Assembly: GCF_964355755.1 (NCBI RefSeq)
Contig: NC_092678.1
Location: 25,003,365-25,067,364, forward strand
Direction of reading: 5' to 3'
Source of the DNA: Antedon mediterranea
Lineage: Eukaryota; Animalia; Echinodermata
DNA length: 64,000 nt
Made by a program: the position numbers and the translations under genes. The notes beneath the pieces were generated by a model. The model had not been told where the DNA came from. It saw nothing but the letters and a program-made list of their open reading frames with translations, and ran no database searches. Numbering within the stretch: the first letter of the stretch is position 1; the number at the start of each line of letters is the position of its first letter. Positions 61,301 through 64,000 of this stretch are shown here, in pieces.

Positions 61301-63994
61301 ACCGTGCATCCAAGAAAAACAAAACAAAACTTAAAAACGACGATAAGTATACAAAAGTAATCAAAATAATTCAAAGAACTAATTATGTACAGATTAAAAA
61401 CAACAACACAAAAAATGACTTATGTCATCAATCAATAAAGATCATTGTTTTTCCATAGTGTTTTACATAATAATTTACAAAATTTGTCTATTTTTTAAAT
61501 TATAATTGTTTAAGTATCATTTCTAATTTCTCTTTCAGCAATTGACATAAATAATAGTAGAGTTCTTGCACCAAATACTTACACTCCATACAATCACTAG
61601 TGTGCTGCCAGAGATCCTAGCTTCGACATTTTCAGGATTGCGGCTTGGAAGACCTGGCGCCGTTTCGATTTGATTAGAGGGCAGACTAGGAGCGGATCGA
61701 CCGACATCGTTTTCTGCCAACAATCTGAACGTGTACTGATTGCCTGGTAGCAGGCTCAGAACTGTGCTACTGTATGGACCTGCCACTTCTTCCAGTATTC
61801 GCCAACCATACTCCTCATGTTGCGACATGTACTGGACAATGTATCGTAGGATGGGAGAGTTTCCATCAGAAGAAGATGACCAGGCAAGGGTCACCACCAG
61901 ATCCTCCTGTTTCTCCACCTTGACAGCAGTTGGAGGGAGTGGTACATCTGGAGTAGAATTTGAATGAATTTAACATCAAATATACTTTTACTTTTTGAGC
62001 ACAGACTTACTGAAGGACAACTTACTGTTGAGTTGAGTGTCCTTTTATTATCACAGTTTAAATAGAATACAGATATTATACTATCTTATTTTTTATACTA
62101 TTTATAGGCATCCAATTCTTAATACTCTATCTATTTCCGAAGCATCATAGGAATATTTGGTAATACAACATCACATGTGTCACATGTATCTAGTAGTAAC
62201 CTAACCCTTAACTAACTTCACATGATACAGGCACCACATGTGATATAAATGAGATGTTGTATTACCAAATATTCTTTTGATAATTTGGAAATAGATAGTA
62301 TGTGAAGATACAGCACTGGGAATTGGGTGTTATAGATATACAGTTTGGCTATATATTGTAAAATAAATTATCTTATACCTTTCACATACAGATTGACCGT
62401 GACCCTCTCCTGAACACGATCTGTACGTGCCAAGCAGGAATAAGGTCCTTCATCTTCCAGTCGTGCTGACAAGACAGTCAGAGTGTTATCGTCATCTACA
62501 ACAAAATTCTCAACATTTTCTCCAATGTTCTGTCCATCGGGTCCTTGCCATATAATGTCTCTAACCTCGGTAGTTGAAAAGCGAATTTGGCACATGAAGC
62601 TTGTTGATTGGCCGACAACGAGGGTTCGAGATGAAGGAAGTACGACCATTTGAATCTTGTCAGAGACTGCAATAAATTAAAAAAAGAAAAGTAGATTAAA
62701 CATGTATTCGACATGTGTCTAAAGTTTATGTGACAAAAAAATGTGTAATTTGACATCATCATGTCCATATGGGCACATCACAATATCTTGTCAATTTAAG
62801 TTTTTTTACATATATATATTTAGGAAAATTTCCAAGGATAACCATAAGCGAATTCATTTACTATCCTTCTTAAAGATGGCAATCCTGTTCACAAGACAAA
62901 CATATACAAAAGATGTTCTACATAAACAAAGTCTTATTACAAGTAACTTTAAGTCTATATAGAGATATATACCCTTTAAACCGTAAGTGTACCCCAAATT
63001 TATTGTGCATTGAAATATACAAGTAATTTACCTTCTACTATGACATTGAAGTCAATTTGAACTTCAGATTCTCCATTACCAACAACACAGGTGTACACTC
63101 CACCCTCATACACTTCAATATGGCGAATTACCAGATAGCCACCTTCTACAAATTCAAATTTGTAACCAGCGACAATCTAACAGAGAGAAGAATTGTTATT
63201 TTAAATTGTTTAATCTTGTTTTTTTTTAATCCTTGTGCTTTTATTGAAGTTAGTTACTTACTTATTAGTTTCAAACCTGTATTTGAAATTATATTAGGAT
63301 TTTTAATAATGTACATGTTGCAAAGAGTATTGATGTAATAGTAGCACCAAAGGTTGCCAGAAAAAGATGTTGTTTGATTTGCTCATCAATTAAAAAATTA
63401 AAAGATGCCGTTTGCTGTCCCAACAAGATGGTAATATCATGATCCATTATTAAATTAAAATCTCTAGAAATTAGGCAAGGCCATTACAAAATCAAGAGAA
63501 AACTCTTAGTATGCTATGAAGTGCTGAATAGGTTCTACGACGGAGGATCCCATGTGTATATATGTAATGTAAAAGTAATGTTTGTTGCATACCTCATCTC
63601 CATTTGCTGTCCTCCAAGTAGTTGTGGGAGCAGGAGCACCGTATCCCTCACATCGTAATGCCACATGGCTGCCTTCTGCCACTCTCCATTCCACGTTTGA
63701 AGTTTCAAGTATTCGTGGAGAAAACTCTAAAATATTTAATAATACAAAAATTCAATTTCGTTTGTGAAACCATTCTCTTGTCAAAGCTGTGATGAGGATT
63801 AGATCAGGATTAACTGATTAATCTTGAGTTGGTGGGTTTAAGTATTCACTTAAGTATGTTCTTACCTACAACATTGATGGCAACATTGGTAATGATAGTA
63901 CCAAAGACGTTTGATGCCCTGCATGTGTACACTCCACGGTTTTCTACATTGGCGGAAACTATTTGTAGTCTATTGTCCCGGAAACGCACATTGT
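40393..63994 (-). CDS. Gene D (5'-partial): large mosaic protein Ig x3-FN3 x2-antistasin x5-TY-long TY-Ig-antistasin x2-TY-long TY-Ig-TY x11
   Basis: 54 frame-consistent exons: 63994-63866, 63726-63593, 63176-63032, 62666-62379, 61947-61583, 60964-60754, 60123-60016, 59895-59794, 59325-59212, 58976-58860, 58087-57968, 57626-57578, 57414-57274, 57153-57095, 56785-56450, 56146-55844, 55355-55230, 54004-53873, 53735-53702, 53289-53149, 52940-52882, 52648-52307, 51762-51466, 51309-51150, 50561-50500, 50289-50271, 50083-49955, 49460-49393, 49259-49244, 48693-48553, 47219-47155, 47030-47012, 46775-46638, 46449-46391, 46141-46126, 46040-45903, 45756-45698, 45529-45514, 45374-45237, 44882-44824, 44709-44694, 44433-44296, 44154-44096, 43866-43845, 43662-43525, 42970-42912, 42745-42721, 42445-42311, 41943-41891, 41796-41742, 41551-41414, 41010-40952, 40708-40502, 40415-40393 (TAA). 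That all exons belong to one transcript is inferred from strand and phase. Confidence 0.85.
40502..51309 (-). CDS. Gene D: array of 11 tandem TY domains, most encoded as micro-exon + N-half exon + C-half exon
   Basis: Repeated CAxxAAxINxxL...IIADLxPPxCTPDGNY...QC and CYCVDAITG...YPEC exons, separated by 16-55 nt linker exons. Confidence 0.88.
41165..41360. repeat. ~63-bp tandem repeat x3
   Basis: TTTTGTATCTCCATTGAGATCCAGCCACTGATACCCACAGCATTGTCATTTTCAG. Confidence 0.88.
43128..43490 (-). mobile_element. 5'-truncated LINE fragment with poly(A) tail, in a gene D intron
   Basis: Minus strand encodes PLHFLCYCPNYNTQRDILL...FIFG...QFLVNSRRF, resembling a LINE ORF2 C-terminal motif, then AATAAA and an A-tail (T-run at 43130-43151 on +). 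Confidence 0.65.
47564..48587. repeat. 60-bp tandem repeat x17 derived from an exon end plus splice donor of gene D
   Basis: Minus-strand unit ATATGTGGACGTCCAATGCTCACTAGAACCCCTAGG|GTAAGATTCACTAATAATTACACA. Confidence 0.97.
48852..49078. repeat. 57-bp tandem repeat x4
   Basis: ATGCTACAGCCAATGGGTTGTCAACAATGTTGTTTTGGATGATGTGCACCCTAGCGT. Confidence 0.95.
49549..49635. repeat. Near-perfect ~87-bp palindrome
   Basis: TATTGAAAATATTCTTTTTTCCAAACCAATAATTAGTAAAA and its reverse complement around a central CTAG. Confidence 0.9.
50685..50870 (-). mobile_element. tRNA-derived SINE with a conserved central domain (MetaSINE-like); related fragment at ~45020-45135
   Basis: Minus strand TGGCCGAGCGGTTAAG...GGTTCGAGGC, then TCGGATAAGGACTATAAACCGTAGGTCC...GCACTTTAAAGAACC. 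The family name comes from recalled motif similarity only. Confidence 0.6.
50900..51061. mobile_element. MITE family 2, intact copy
   Basis: TAA-AGCTCTGTCTACAC...GTGTAGACAGAGCT. Confidence 0.85.
53331..53590. repeat. 18-bp tandem repeat, about 14 copies
   Basis: GTGTTCTCAAGTGAGACG. Confidence 0.96.
55545..55650 (+). mobile_element. CR1-like LINE 3' remnant
   Basis: Translates NNWNSLTKDVVAAEMVNSFKTRLDRCW, matching the CR1 ORF2 terminal WNxLPxxVVxAxxxxxFKxxLD motif. Confidence 0.7.
57968..60123 (-). CDS. Gene D: five tandem antistasin-like exons (phase 1-1)
   Basis: For example CQPVQCDFNCVNGYVLDSDGCETCQC, CVTVTCVGLCPGRRKVDENGCQTCEC and CPPFICDKFCFFGYETDMNYCRTCSC. Confidence 0.88.
60754..63994 (-). 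CDS. Gene D N-terminal part: I-set Ig domains plus two FN3 domains, L1CAM/neuroglian/contactin-like
   Basis: GVYTCRASNVFG; LRCEGYGAPAPTTTW; DEGPYSCLA; DVPLPPT...LAWSSSSDGNSPILRYIVQY...YTFRLLAENDVGRSAPS...PSRNPENV, which resembles the first FN3 and the FN1-FN2 junction of L1-family CAMs. Confidence 0.8.
62108..62335. mobile_element. MITE-like element with long inverted arms
   Basis: CTATCTATTTCC...GAATATTTGGTAATACAACATC versus GATGTTGTATTACCAAATATTC...GGAAATAGATAG. Confidence 0.65.
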
Positions 63995-64000
63995 CTGAAA

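Noticed and set aside
40393-63994. Naming gene D as thyroglobulin, L1CAM, nidogen or papilin
   Set aside because: It lacks the cholinesterase-like, TM/FIGQY, NIDO/G2 and Kunitz/TSP1 domains in the visible part, so no gene symbol is justified.

Overview
This is AT-rich, intron-rich animal genomic DNA. The domain content and repeat landscape suggest a marine invertebrate, but the taxon cannot be fixed from this sequence. By tracing GT-AG splice sites and reading frames by hand I reconstruct a cluster of four related multi-exon genes encoding cysteine-rich, apparently secreted mosaic proteins. All four share a duplicated supermodule: antistasin - linker - thyroglobulin type-1 (TY) - TY with a long helical insert - Ig. 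Gene A (+, 5' end outside the window, stop at 8563) and gene B (-, 20610-10104) are tail-to-tail. Genes B and C (+, 21306-29646) are head-to-head, with start codons about 0.7 kb apart; each has 17 exons encoding a signal peptide, CUB, TY, antistasin and Ig domains. Gene D (-, 5' end beyond 64000, stop at 40393, 54 exons in the window) joins an L1CAM/neuroglian-like Ig-Ig-Ig-FN3-FN3 segment to 7 antistasin, 15 TY and 2 more Ig domains, with no transmembrane segment in view. Notable details are a gene-conversion tract between B and C, two possible lesions in B, paired losses of TY disulfides, a 17-fold tandem amplification of a splice donor, and frame-compatible three-exon TY cassettes. The 30-40 kb spacer holds one or two candidate spliced non-coding transcripts. 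Satellites, two TWA-flanked MITE families, tRNA-derived SINEs and LINE 3' fragments fill the introns. The long ORFs at 15.6-18.8 kb, 47.5-48.6 kb and 53.3-53.8 kb are repeat artefacts. All exon models are manual predictions without transcript evidence.
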